This document shows positions 18,646-27,977 of a stretch of 64,000 bases of DNA, piece by piece; positions within the stretch are counted from its first letter, which is position 1, and each line of letters starts with the position of its first letter. A program made the position numbers and the translations under genes. The stretch lies in sequence record PX880102.1, one strand, 5' to 3'. The DNA comes from a phage. The notes under the pieces were generated by a model that saw only the letters and a list, made by a program, of their open reading frames with translations, made no database searches and was not told the origin of the DNA.

Positions 18646-19965
18646 TCACACATAAAACACATCATAACGACCACGAGTGACACCAACATAAAGAAGCTGC
18701 TGAGCCAATTCAGCATCTGCATAATGAATACAAGGCGTATAGATGAAAGCACGGTCTACAGACATGCCCTGAGCTTTATGGAATGTTGATGCAGGAAGTG
18801 CTTTCACTTTACTAAACTGTGATTTAGCATCCCAAAAATCACTCCACGGAGCTTTTCCACCTTTATTCCAATTTTTATACGTTTCTGCCGTTTTACCTAA
18901 AAATAAGTTAAACTTATACAGCTCTTCATCAGATGAAATTATTTTAATCTTTTCACGATAATATTCATCATCGCCGTAAGTTTCTACTGTTAAATCCCAA
19001 TGACGAATTAGATATTCTCCAGAAACACCACGAGCTTTAACAAATGTTGATGTATACTCTGCTTCTATAATACGAACTAATTGTCCATTATTAAAAATAA
19101 TTTCTGACACAGGCTTTCCATCAATTTTATATGTTTTAATTAATGGTTCCTGCATTACAATAATTTCACCAACGATAAAATCTTTATCAGTTTCAAAAAT
19201 CTTTTTGCGAATAATGCTATTTAACTTGTCGACAGATTTATTCGTAAATGCCATTACGCGATTTTCAAACAAATCATCTAATGATTTTACGATTGAAAAA
19301 TAATTTACCATAAAATCGCGTAAAGCGGTATCACCAGTAAATCCACGTACTCCGTGCCCGTCAACAACTTTATCATAAATCCACTTACCGTTGCGAACAT
19401 CAGTAGCTACATCAATAATAGGAGCATTACTGCGTTTAACTTCAGTGAGTTCACACTGATAAAAATCTTTATGCGTAAAGAATGGACTGATATAAGCAGT
19501 GTTTTCTCCTGGGTCAACAGGTCTAATTTGCTTATTATCGCCTATTCCAATTATAGTACACCACGGCGGGATAGTTGAAAGCAGAATTTTAAATAGCTTT
19601 CTATCATACATTGACACTTCGTCGCAGATTAATACTCTGCATTTAGCTAAATCCGGTACTTCTTTTTGTTCAAAAAGAACGTTTTCTTCATATGTTACCG
19701 GGTTAATTTTGAGAATACTGTGAATAGTACTCGCTTCTTTCCCTGACAGTTTAGAAAGAATCTTTTTAGCTGCATGTGTAGGAGCTGCCAAAATGATACC
19801 AGTTTCGCCCGTAGATATTAAAGCTTCAATGATGAACTTAGTAAGAGTAGTCTTACCAGTACCAGCAGGTCCATTAATAGTTACATGATGTTTCTTTTCT
19901 TTAATAGCCCTCATAACGATGTTAAAGGCATTTTTTTGACCTTCGGTCAAATCATCAAATGTCAT
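18646..19965 (-). CDS. dda: Dda DNA helicase (SF1B), 439 aa
   Basis: MTFDDLTEGQKNAFNIVM.AIKEKKHHVTINGPAGTGKTTLTKFIIEALISTGETGIILAAPTHAAKKIL... near-identical to T4 Dda. Confidence 0.96.
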   Translation of the reverse strand: MTFDDLTEGQKNAFNIVMRAIKEKKHHVTINGPAGTGKTTLTKFIIEALISTGETGIILAAPTHAAKKILSKLSGKEASTIHSILKINPVTYEENVLFEQKEVPDLAKCRVLICDEVSMYDRKLFKILLSTIPPWCTIIGIGDNKQIRPVDPGENTAYISPFFTHKDFYQCELTEVKRSNAPIIDVATDVRNGKWIYDKVVDGHGVRGFTGDTALRDFMVNYFSIVKSLDDLFENRVMAFTNKSVDKLNSIIRKKIFETDKDFIVGEIIVMQEPLIKTYKIDGKPVSEIIFNNGQLVRIIEAEYTSTFVKARGVSGEYLIRHWDLTVETYGDDEYYREKIKIISSDEELYKFNLFLGKTAETYKNWNKGGKAPWSDFWDAKSQFSKVKALPASTFHKAQGMSVDRAFIYTPCIHYADAELAQQLLYVGVTRGRYDVFYV

Positions 19966-20273
19966 CGTAAATTCCCTGCAATTGGTATACTAACAATACG
20001 CCCAGTATCTAAAATTCGCCGATATAATCTTTGTGTGTCTACATCAGGCTTAACGTGTTTAACTTCTATTTTATTAAACCAAAACTTGCGTGGAGTTTCA
20101 ACTAATCTTGGAATTCCCATACCTAAAGCTAGTCGATACTGCTCTTTAAGAGTGGTAAATACTCTATCAGCAATCTCCCTTTCAAAAAATACAGCAGGAC
20201 GATGTTCATCAAGAGGAACAGGCACCGCAAATCCATCTTTATCTCTATACACTATCGCATATACATAAACCAT
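19962..20273 (-). CDS. hypothetical protein (103 aa), dda.1-like
   Basis: ORF with ATGA coupling to dda. Confidence 0.5.
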   Translation of the reverse strand: MVYVYAIVYRDKDGFAVPVPLDEHRPAVFFEREIADRVFTTLKEQYRLALGMGIPRLVETPRKFWFNKIEVKHVKPDVDTQRLYRRILDTGRIVSIPIAGNLR

Positions 20274-20274
20274 A

Positions 20275-21030
20275 TTATCCTCGGATAAGTTTAAAAATTG
20301 AACAATTCAGCGGGTATCCTCTTTTCAGTTTAAGTTTATCAATAAAAGACAAGTTTTGATACCGCTCTACACCTTGAATAATTTTATCACACATATCATA
20401 TTGCATTTCTGCTTCTGACAACTTTTTCACAATTTTCCAATCCGAGCCTTTAAGAAGAACGTTCAATTTAACAACTTCAGCGCCTTCTGCTATGCGAGAA
20501 CCATCAATACGAGCTTTAAGTGCTATAATCGTTAGCTTAACGTCAGAAGTTTGTTTTGATTTAGAAAGCTGAGAAATGTGCTCAATTCGGTTTTCACGTT
20601 TTTTCTGTATAGCTTTAATTTGATTATAAGTCTTTTTGATTTTAGCCCATTTCTTTTCATCTAAATTTAATTTATGAACTTTTTTCGCAGATGAACGACC
20701 AATTCGCAAAGCAAATAAATCACGCTTTTCAATCAACTCTTCTAAAGTATAATCAGAACGAAATGTATTATACTTTTTCTTTACTGCAATAACGTTCCCT
20801 TTAATGTATCCAACGTTATTATCAAAACGTTCTAATGATAATTTCTCTCCTTCAATACGATTATCAAAAGGTTCTCCTGAATAGGCACAAACTTTTTGAT
20901 CTAAAATGTTCTTAATGTAATTGAAGTCTAAGTTAAAATCTTTAGAACGTCTTTTTGCAGATGCCTGAGTGTGCTCTAAACGACGTTTAATTTTACGAAT
21001 TTGATTATTAGACATATTATGCAGTTTCAT
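20275..21030 (-). CDS. srd: basic protein (251 aa), Srd-like by position and size
   Basis: position between dda.1 and modA; lysine-rich; sequence identity not verifiable from memory. Confidence 0.45.
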   Translation of the reverse strand: MKLHNMSNNQIRKIKRRLEHTQASAKRRSKDFNLDFNYIKNILDQKVCAYSGEPFDNRIEGEKLSLERFDNNVGYIKGNVIAVKKKYNTFRSDYTLEELIEKRDLFALRIGRSSAKKVHKLNLDEKKWAKIKKTYNQIKAIQKKRENRIEHISQLSKSKQTSDVKLTIIALKARIDGSRIAEGAEVVKLNVLLKGSDWKIVKKLSEAEMQYDMCDKIIQGVERYQNLSFIDKLKLKRGYPLNCSIFKLIRG

Positions 21031-21059
21031 ATTTTTCTCACATCTTACGGACGGTTGAC

Positions 21060-21115
21060 TACTATACTATAACATTTTTACCTTAGCTTGTAAACAACTT
21101 TATGCAAAAATGCTT
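21060..21115 (-). promoter_or_regulatory. T4-type early promoter upstream of the srd-like gene
   Basis: minus-strand GTTTAC aagctaaggtaaaaatg TTATAGTATAGT. Confidence 0.5.
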
Positions 21116-21152
21116 TAAAAATTTCATGGTATAATGAATCTAAGTCCTTCCA

Positions 21153-21755
21153 TTATAGATTAAATCCTTCAAAATCAAGAGTATAGATAGTGTATGTTGA
21201 ATACTTTTTATACTCATATCTATCTGCAATTCTAAATACACTTCCAGCTGGTATCATTACTTCTTGTTCATCTGAAACTAATTCCATATTACGATAACGA
21301 TGGCTATCCGGAAACTTAAAGTTTGGATTGTATTCTTTACAGCGTAGAGCTTTTATAGCATACTCCTGGAAATTGAATACCATAGGAGCTTTGAATTCAA
21401 AAATAACCTGTGTGTTATACTCTAAACCAGAAGCAAAATGTAGAGCTATATTTTTATCATATGAAGCTGATACGACTTTATCAAATGTAATAATATCAAT
21501 TCCTTGATTTAACACCTGCTTAGTCTCAGCTGGAACACCTCTCCAAAGAGGTTTATCGTTTGGAACCAAACGAGATTTGATTATTTCATTTAACCAAGTA
21601 TGGTCATCTGGTTTGTTGGTAATACAATGAATTAAAAGTTCAATTTCAGATAAATTAAACCCTTCAGAAAGTAATTCTTCACGAATAGAAGCACGCACCG
21701 ATGCATCCATTGATTTTATTTTAAAATCTTTTAGTTGCATTACTGAGTATTTCAT
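21153..21755 (-). CDS. modA: ADP-ribosyltransferase ModA, 200 aa
   Basis: R-S-ExE ADP-ribosyltransferase signature (PLWRG...SAS...EQEVMIP); length and position as T4 ModA. Confidence 0.8.
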   Translation of the reverse strand: MKYSVMQLKDFKIKSMDASVRASIREELLSEGFNLSEIELLIHCITNKPDDHTWLNEIIKSRLVPNDKPLWRGVPAETKQVLNQGIDIITFDKVVSASYDKNIALHFASGLEYNTQVIFEFKAPMVFNFQEYAIKALRCKEYNPNFKFPDSHRYRNMELVSDEQEVMIPAGSVFRIADRYEYKKYSTYTIYTLDFEGFNL

Positions 21756-22375
21756 TCAACTACCTCAATATCATAAACTTTAAATGTTCCAAATGAATCG
21801 TGTAATTTTTCTTTTGAAATAGAAGTTATTCTATACTTTCCAATTGGAATCATCCATTCTTGTTCACGCACAATCATCATTAAGTTATCAGTACGCTCTG
21901 AATCTAACCCATCAGTATCTTCATATGTATACTTAAACTCAGTATTAGGAGAAGAAAGTATAATATCGCTGATATGGTCAGAGTAATTAAAAGCTTTATC
22001 AGTTTTTAAGCGAAGTATTGTTTCAGTGAAATATTCAGCATAAGAAAAAGAACACGCTGTATGCAAACTAGTAGTAAATGAATCTACCCTGTTCGTTGAA
22101 AACACTTCTCCAACTTGTAAATCTTTAATGAGTTCTTTTGTCGATTTTGATATACCACGATATAATTGATAAGGCGATTTAGTTAAATGCTTTTTAATGA
22201 TTTTATTCAACTGTCTGTGAAGAGCTTCATTCTTTTTGGCTTCCATACATTGCCAAAGAATTGACTGTTCAAAGTCAGTAAATTTTTCACAGACCTTTTT
22301 ATACATATCATATTGAAAATCAACGCTTTCGGCTTTTATAGATAACTGTTCAACATCTGCAAGATTAATAATCAT
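21752..22375 (-). CDS. modB: ADP-ribosyltransferase ModB, 207 aa
   Basis: QLYRGIS...FSTN...EQEWMIP signature; length and position as T4 ModB. Confidence 0.8.
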   Translation of the reverse strand: MIINLADVEQLSIKAESVDFQYDMYKKVCEKFTDFEQSILWQCMEAKKNEALHRQLNKIIKKHLTKSPYQLYRGISKSTKELIKDLQVGEVFSTNRVDSFTTSLHTACSFSYAEYFTETILRLKTDKAFNYSDHISDIILSSPNTEFKYTYEDTDGLDSERTDNLMMIVREQEWMIPIGKYRITSISKEKLHDSFGTFKVYDIEVVE

Positions 22376-22399
22376 GATAGCCTCCGTATACTTCAGAAG

Positions 22400-22455
22400 C
22401 TATCATATCATCGTTAGAAAGGAAAGTAAACAACTTTTTGAATTATTTTGCCCAG
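22400..22455 (-). promoter_or_regulatory. T4-type early promoter upstream of modB
   Basis: minus-strand GTTTAC (plus 22426-22431), TATGAT -10, SD GGAGG. Confidence 0.5.
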
Positions 22456-22625
22456 GGAGCCCAAGGCGGAGGGTCAAGATGGTATGAAGCTAGTTCTTCT
22501 AGAAGAGCATCTGGGGCTTCAATTCCATAATTCTGTAATACTATACGGTACTCTTTCTTATAATCACTAGAATCATTCTGGATATTCGTAGAATGATTAT
22601 CTTCTAACATCTCAAATAAATCCAT
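22443..22625 (-). CDS. hypothetical protein (60 aa)
   Basis: ORF. Confidence 0.4.
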   Translation of the reverse strand: MDLFEMLEDNHSTNIQNDSSDYKKEYRIVLQNYGIEAPDALLEELASYHLDPPPWAPWAK

Positions 22626-22633
22626 ACTAATTC

Positions 22634-23104
22634 CTAGCGATAAAAACCAAATTGACGATTAGCTTCAATAATCTTTCTTTCTTCTTCGGACATTCTCCAG
22701 CGTAGTCCAACATCAAAATGAGCCCAGACCATCTTAACAAATGCATTTATATCCTTAATATCTTCAATAATGAATGTTTTACTTTTAGAAGATTGACTCG
22801 CTAATTTAACTTTATCGTCTTCAAACAGGTCAAAAAGACTATATTCATGAGCTCTTTTATAGCCTTTAATAGTTAAAGCTTCGGAAGAAGAAAACGGCGA
22901 ATCAGTATTCTGCAAAATATCTTCAGTATGCTTTATAATTAGAATAACATTTTCTGGATATTTTCTTTCTTTTATATCTTTAATTAAAATATCCGGATTT
23001 TCTGCTAAAGGAATAATTAATGAGCACTTTTTATCAAGTGTATTTACTGATTTACCTTCTTTAGACATAAATTCTATTGAATAATGTTTTGCTACTTCAA
23101 TCAT
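22634..23104 (-). CDS. hypothetical protein (156 aa), mrh-region
   Basis: ORF; position analogous to T4 mrh genes. Confidence 0.5.
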
Positions 23105-23257
23105 GTGATTTCCTTTTGCCTACTAATGGACCGTCAGGAATTTTATTTTCCTGAATGTATTTCTCATTTTCTTCCATCATTTTACTGCCAATTTTAAGAA
23201 GCAAATCCATTGCTTCATTTGCTTTAGCCTTGGCCTCTTCCAGCGTCATATCTTTGT

Positions 23258-23461
23258 TCATGATTTATCACCATAGATGTCTCTCATCAATTTAAGCGCT
23301 GAGCGTTCTAATTTCTTTTCTTTCTCAGCACTAATCATTGATTTCATCCATTCTTCTGATTCGTTCTGCATTTCTTTATTTGCTTGTTCAACCCAACCAT
23401 CATCAATATACATTGAGTTTGGTCTATTAAACCATTCAAGAATCTTCTTGAGAGCTTTCAT
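23258..23461 (-). CDS. hypothetical protein (67 aa)
   Basis: ORF. Confidence 0.45.
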
Positions 23462-23933
23462 TTATTTTACCTAAAACAATAGTATGGACACCGTCAAATT
23501 TATGAATTTTTAGCAAATTAGGATTTAAATTATTCCATAAAGAGGTAATAAAATATGATAGCGCACTTTCGTCCGTAATTATAAATTTATTTCCCTTATC
23601 AATTTTCCAGTCATATATTGAATCATATGAATAGAAGGATAACGGTTTATTGTTATAGTATGCTTCAGCAACATCAATATAGTTAGATTTAGTAAATGCT
23701 TGAATTGCCATAAATGGAGAATTTTGTACAGTTTCAATAATTCCGATCTTTTTAAGTTTTATTTCAACATCTTCTGGAACTGGCATTGAAATAAAATCTT
23801 CTACTAGATACATGTTATTGTCATATCTTTTATCAATCATTACTGCTACGGTAATTGGAACATCCTTGACAAACGCCATACTAATACTATTGATAGACAT
23901 TTCAAACAAAATTGCTTCCATAATTTTCCTCAA
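23436..23933 (-). CDS. hypothetical protein (165 aa)
   Basis: ORF. Confidence 0.5.
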   Translation of the reverse strand: MRKIMEAILFEMSINSISMAFVKDVPITVAVMIDKRYDNNMYLVEDFISMPVPEDVEIKLKKIGIIETVQNSPFMAIQAFTKSNYIDVAEAYYNNKPLSFYSYDSIYDWKIDKGNKFIITDESALSYFITSLWNNLNPNLLKIHKFDGVHTIVLGKINESSQEDS

Positions 23934-24271
23934 TCACAAGATGTAGATGAACAACTAGAATCACAAGAACTTCCACATGAATCACCTGCCCATACATGAA
24001 CAGGAACATTAGTATCATATGAATCAGAACTAGACTGTGTATTCTGTGCATTAGATGATGTAGTAGGTGTTGACCAGCGCCAAGGATTTTTATAATATTC
24101 TTGGGCTTCTTCATAAGTCATAGTAACTGCTTCTACTGTTCCATCTCCCATATAAACATATTCAACTACAGTTAAAGGAAGATAGTCATTTGAAATAGGA
24201 ACTACACCTTCTCCGGGAGTTGTAGAGAAAAAATCTGTAAAGAAATTTTTAAACCAATTAAAGATAAACAT
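23930..24271 (-). CDS. hypothetical protein (113 aa) with Cys/Ser-rich C-terminal tail
   Basis: ends ...[20 protein letters not shown]. Confidence 0.5.
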   Translation of the reverse strand: MFIFNWFKNFFTDFFSTTPGEGVVPISNDYLPLTVVEYVYMGDGTVEAVTMTYEEAQEYYKNPWRWSTPTTSSNAQNTQSSSDSYDTNVPVHVWAGDSCGSSCDSSCSSTSCD

Positions 24272-24477
24272 TACAAAAAGCCTCTTTTGAATTCGACTTG
24301 TTTATCGCCATAATCATATCGAATCTCTGCGTTAAATTCAACAGAACCATCTGCGTACATCATAAATGAATGCACAACAACTTCTGTAGACCATGGTTGC
24401 AATTCATATTTCTTCATTACATGCCGTGAAATGATAATATCTAAATCTTCATTTGGTTTAATCCAACGATTTAACAT
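24271..24477 (-). CDS. hypothetical protein (68 aa)
   Basis: ORF behind an early promoter. Confidence 0.5.
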   Translation of the reverse strand: MLNRWIKPNEDLDIIISRHVMKKYELQPWSTEVVVHSFMMYADGSVEFNAEIRYDYGDKQVEFKRGFL

Positions 24478-24499
24478 AGTGCTCTCCTCTATAAGATAA

Positions 24500-24555
24500 T
24501 TCTATTATACCATACTCATTTTGGAAAGTAAACCGGTAAAATGAAAAAAGGACTC
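24500..24555 (-). promoter_or_regulatory. T4-type early promoter
   Basis: minus-strand GTTTAC (plus 24528-24533), spacer, GGTATAATAGA with perfect TATAAT. Confidence 0.55.
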
Positions 24556-24570
24556 CCGAAGGAGTCCTTG
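24541..24570 (-). terminator. rho-independent terminator downstream of soc
   Basis: AAGGACTCC-uucg-GGAGTCCTT hairpin followed on the minus strand by TTTTTTCATTTT. Confidence 0.7.
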
Positions 24571-24575
24571 AATTA

Positions 24576-24812
24576 TTAACCACCTATTTCTGTGGGTGTA
24601 AACATTGCAGCATTCTTAGTTTTCCAGTCAGCTGCATCAGAAACTACAGTAGAATATGCCGCCTTTTCAGAAGGAAAGGTCTGATAATGAGAATCTGCAA
24701 TACGATGCTCGTTAGAATAAATTTCAAACGGAACAGAAACTTCCATACCTTTAACTTCTTTGCCTTCACCTGCTGGATGAGTAAAGGTCTTGATGTTAAC
24801 GAAACCACCCAT
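24576..24812 (-). CDS. soc: small outer capsid protein Soc-like, 78 aa
   Basis: ...HYQTFPSEKAAYSTV... matches remembered T4 Soc core; preceded by a perfect late promoter. Confidence 0.8.
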   Translation of the reverse strand: MGGFVNIKTFTHPAGEGKEVKGMEVSVPFEIYSNEHRIADSHYQTFPSEKAAYSTVVSDAADWKTKNAAMFTPTEIGG

Positions 24813-24843
24813 AATAAACTCCTTTATTGTTTAATTACAGGTG

Positions 24844-24851
24844 TATTTATA
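24844..24851 (-). promoter_or_regulatory. T4 late promoter TATAAATA upstream of soc
   Basis: plus-strand tatttata is TATAAATA on the minus strand, about 32 nt upstream of the soc ATG. Confidence 0.7.
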
Positions 24852-24993
24852 ACTTACAATTTAGCGGCTTTCCAGAGTTGTTCAATAATCTCTTGGTCTA
24901 TTTCTTTAGTTATTTCATTACGTAATAAAGCAGTAAGGGCTTTCGCCCTTTTCTTATTCAACTTTTTGAGTTGGCGTTTATTTAAACGGGACA
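24852..24993 (-). CDS. small lysine-rich ORF (about 46 aa) between 56 and soc
   Basis: MSRLNKRQLKKLNKKRAKALTALLRNEITKEIDQEIIEQLWKAAKL; coordinates approximate; overlaps the late promoter; coding status uncertain. Confidence 0.25.
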
Positions 24994-25512
24994 TTAATAA
25001 CCTCGGTCTTGACGTGCGAAATTTTCAGCATTTTTCAGATAATAAAGTTTAAAGATTTCTTCCGCTGTAAGACCAAGACCCTGGAACATATTCAGAACGA
25101 AATGAAGAATATCAATCATTTCAAATTTAATTTCTAACTGGTCTTGTGGAGACAAATCAGTAATCAGAGTTTCACGACGTTCACCATGCTGCGACTTCCA
25201 AGGTTTCCATACAGCAGATGCGTCTTTTTCACCATTACTCATACCACCAAGAGAAGTCAGAAGTTCACGGAATTCATCGTCAATATAATCTTTCTGATTA
25301 CGCAACCAATCAACAACTTCACCGGCAGTAGCTAAGTCATCAGGATGACGATTATATTCAGGTTTATCTTTAGCTAAACGAACCTGCAAAGATTTCTGCA
25401 TATCAAGCATTACCTGCAGCGGGTCTTTTTCATCGCCGAGAATATCCCAATATTCATTTTGAGCTTTATCAGCGCCTTCAATCAGTTGTGAACATTCGTT
25501 AAAGTAAGCCAT
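24994..25512 (-). CDS. 56: dCTP pyrophosphatase (MazG-like dCTPase/dUTPase), 172 aa
   Basis: MAYFNECSQLIEGADKAQNEYWDIL... MazG-type NTP pyrophosphohydrolase helices; ORF-track start trimmed to the ATG after SD AAAGGA. Confidence 0.85.
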   Translation of the reverse strand: MAYFNECSQLIEGADKAQNEYWDILGDEKDPLQVMLDMQKSLQVRLAKDKPEYNRHPDDLATAGEVVDWLRNQKDYIDDEFRELLTSLGGMSNGEKDASAVWKPWKSQHGERRETLITDLSPQDQLEIKFEMIDILHFVLNMFQGLGLTAEEIFKLYYLKNAENFARQDRGY

Positions 25513-25552
25513 TATTTTTCCTTTCAATTCATGGGTTAGTAGATTAATTATA

Positions 25553-25568
25553 CAATAAATATATAAAG
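25553..25568 (+). promoter_or_regulatory. late-promoter-like box (AATAAATA / TATATAAA) upstream of the plus-strand ORF
   Basis: cAATAAATAtataaa 22 nt upstream of the ATG at 25584. Confidence 0.3.
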
Positions 25569-25583
25569 CAATAAGGAGGACAT

Positions 25584-25784
25584 ATGGTACAAAAATTAAT
25601 GGCACTTGTTAATGCCATCAAAGGTAATAAGAAACGTATAGCTTTTACTATTTCTGCTATGGTAGGAATTTTACTCTGGAACTTTATTTTATCACCAATT
25701 GCAATTGCGCATGGTGTTAATATTCCAGTAGTTACTCTTGATACATTCGTAGATCTAGCATTTGCTTTAGTTGGGTTGATTTAA
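25584..25784 (+). CDS. small membrane protein (66 aa) on the opposite strand to the surrounding early genes
   Basis: strong SD AAGGAGG 6 nt before the ATG; two hydrophobic segments; fills the gap between 56 and 61. Confidence 0.5.
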   Translation: MVQKLMALVNAIKGNKKRIAFTISAMVGILLWNFILSPIAIAHGVNIPVVTLDTFVDLAFALVGLI

Positions 25785-26809
25785 ATCTTAGCATATTTAG
25801 ATAGCCGCATTTTAGCCATCAACCCCTGGGCAATATTATTTTTCATATATTCCATAATTTGTTCAGGGGTTGCACCTTCCTTTCTAATCATATCATTAAC
25901 ATCTTTAGATTTCCAGGGAGATTTATCCCAAAACATAACCCTTTCTCCTGCATCAACTAATTTAGTCATTCGTTTGATAGTGTCAGGGTGACGAGGTTCA
26001 TTATCTAAAACCCACACTCGTCTATCTTTAAATGGAACAATTTCTAGGTCTAATTGACCACCCGTAATAGCTATACCATTTTCAATAAAAAGTGAATCTA
26101 TAGGTCCTTCTAGAACATATACATCGCCATCTTTAACTCGTTCGACTCCATAGATTTTTGTTGCCTCAGGATAAGCTTTAATGGTGATATATTTTTGAGG
26201 AGCATTTTTCTTTAATGCACGCCCTTGAAACGACTCGGCTTTTCCGTTAGCATTATAAATTGGAATAACAAGACGAGGCTCAGGTATTTCCTTTTTATAT
26301 GTTCCCGGTGCTATGCTATTAACCAATTTAGGCCATTCGGTTGTAAACCAAAGATATTTCCATTTATCCTTTGGAATACAACGAGCTTTTACGTATTTTA
26401 TAATTGGATGGTCTTCCGCCAGTTTATCTAATCTAACACATGACGGAAGAGATTTAATTATTTTCTTCTCAGGTTGTTTAGGAAGTTCTTTAGGTTTTTC
26501 TACTGGACGACTTTTACCTTTTTCTTTTCTTATTTCAAAGATATACTCACGATATAAATCAGGTTCAAACTCCTTTAAATATATTCCGATTGGTGCGTGA
26601 TAGTTACAGTTATAACAATGAATATTTCCTTCATTATTATCACCATAATACCATCCACGAGCTTTATTCTGGTCGGTTTTTGAATCTCCACAAACGGGGC
26701 ATCTAAACCGCAATTTAAAAGTTGAACTATTATTTACTTGTGTGAATTTAGGTAAATGAGCCAATGCACGATACGCAAACTCATTATCAATCCAAGGTAT
26801 TGATGACAT
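25781..26809 (-). CDS. 61: DNA primase (zinc ribbon plus TOPRIM), 342 aa
   Basis: MSSIPWIDNEFAYRALAHLPKFTQVNNSSTFKLRFRCPVCGDSKTDQNKARGWYY...; same length as T4 gp61. Confidence 0.95.
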   Translation of the reverse strand: MSSIPWIDNEFAYRALAHLPKFTQVNNSSTFKLRFRCPVCGDSKTDQNKARGWYYGDNNEGNIHCYNCNYHAPIGIYLKEFEPDLYREYIFEIRKEKGKSRPVEKPKELPKQPEKKIIKSLPSCVRLDKLAEDHPIIKYVKARCIPKDKWKYLWFTTEWPKLVNSIAPGTYKKEIPEPRLVIPIYNANGKAESFQGRALKKNAPQKYITIKAYPEATKIYGVERVKDGDVYVLEGPIDSLFIENGIAITGGQLDLEIVPFKDRRVWVLDNEPRHPDTIKRMTKLVDAGERVMFWDKSPWKSKDVNDMIRKEGATPEQIMEYMKNNIAQGLMAKMRLSKYAKI

Positions 26810-26811
26810 TT

Positions 26812-26976
26812 TTACTCTTCTTTTTCTTTAGATTCCTCTTTTTTCTTTTTAGGAATCTGTTCAGGACCTTTATTTACTACAGCACCTGATGTTGTTCCAG
26901 TAGAGATATTTTCAGGATTACCACCTGAATCTCCAGCAACCATATCTTCTTTAATAAATTCTTTATATGTTTTCAT
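26812..26976 (-). CDS. small acidic/lysine-rich ORF (54 aa)
   Basis: MKTYKEFIKEDMVAGDSGGNPENISTGTTSGAVVNKGPEQIPKKKKEESKEKEE; not in ORF track; low-complexity. Confidence 0.35.
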   Translation of the reverse strand: MKTYKEFIKEDMVAGDSGGNPENISTGTTSGAVVNKGPEQIPKKKKEESKEKEE

Positions 26977-26977
26977 A

Positions 26978-27334
26978 TTAACCTCTATTCATAAAAGCAT
27001 TAAAAATTTGGTCATCAATCGATGGAATAGCAACTTTTTCTGCATCATTTAGCAAATCATTAATTTCATCAGATAGCATAACACATGTACCTTTATTTCC
27101 TGTAATTGTTACTGCACAATTACGAACGTTTTCTTTATTAAATTTTAGGTTAATATTTTCGTAATGAAAATCCTTTAATGCTGAATATATTTTTAAAATA
27201 AAATTGTCTTTTACTACAATAAACCCAACCTCACTATTAAAACGTGGTTCATGGAAACTGTAATAAACCTTTTCATCTATAAAATCGTATGAAATTTTTT
27301 CCATTTTTAAATATGAAAATTCAGAACTATACAT
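26978..27334 (-). CDS. hypothetical protein (118 aa), VKDN-repeat family
   Basis: shares C-terminus IDDQIFNAFMNRG and a VKDN segment with the next gene. Confidence 0.55.
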   Translation of the reverse strand: MYSSEFSYLKMEKISYDFIDEKVYYSFHEPRFNSEVGFIVVKDNFILKIYSALKDFHYENINLKFNKENVRNCAVTITGNKGTCVMLSDEINDLLNDAEKVAIPSIDDQIFNAFMNRG

Positions 27335-27335
27335 A

Positions 27336-27977
27336 TTAACCTTTATTCATAAAAGCATTAAAAATTTGATCGTCAATAGAAACTTTTACTTTAGGATGTT
27401 CTTCAAACGGTAATTCATATCCACATATTACAATTTTGTGATCGATACCAAAATACACAGAAGCAATATGATTAATATTATTTTCAGTGAAATCTAAATC
27501 AACATCAATATCTTTTTGACTAACGCTCAAAGGATAATTAATACGAATAATTCGATTATCTTTAACAAAGATTCCACCGACATACTCTGTGTTGCGTTTA
27601 AAGTTTACACGTTTCCTAAATGAAAAATATTCAGGTTCTTTATGAGCCCGACTCATAGGACACAATGAGTAGCTAGAATAAGAGATGTCAAATCCTACAC
27701 CTTCAATATGAGCCAACGTGTCATGATTAAACCAATTATAATCATATGCCAAATCCATTATATTGTAATATGTGAAAGGCACCGGATTAACATCATATAT
27801 TGTACCTTTAAAATCTGCCCAGGCAACGATTTCATTATCTTTAACAATTACAAAAATTGTGCCAATAAGATATCCACGGTTATTTTCATCAGGCGTTATA
27901 TTATAACATTGCGCATCAGGAAATTTACCGTATTTAAACGGTGGATTTTTGTGCATATAATAAATCATATTATTCAC
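27336..27977 (-). CDS. hypothetical protein (213 aa) with two internal VKDN repeats
   Basis: IFVIVKDNEIVAW and GIFVKDNRIIRINY repeats; C-terminus IDDQIFNAFMNKG. Confidence 0.55.
   Translation of the reverse strand: MNNMIYYMHKNPPFKYGKFPDAQCYNITPDENNRGYLIGTIFVIVKDNEIVAWADFKGTIYDVNPVPFTYYNIMDLAYDYNWFNHDTLAHIEGVGFDISYSSYSLCPMSRAHKEPEYFSFRKRVNFKRNTEYVGGIFVKDNRIIRINYPLSVSQKDIDVDLDFTENNINHIASVYFGIDHKIVICGYELPFEEHPKVKVSIDDQIFNAFMNKG

Noticed and set aside
20275-21030. Possible HNH homing endonuclease (segment CAYSGEPF...LSLERFDNNVGYIKGNVIAV)
   Set aside because: The catalytic His and metal-binding Cys/His positions of an HNH motif are not present; by position and size the gene corresponds better to the T4 srd region. 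Left as Srd-like at low confidence.
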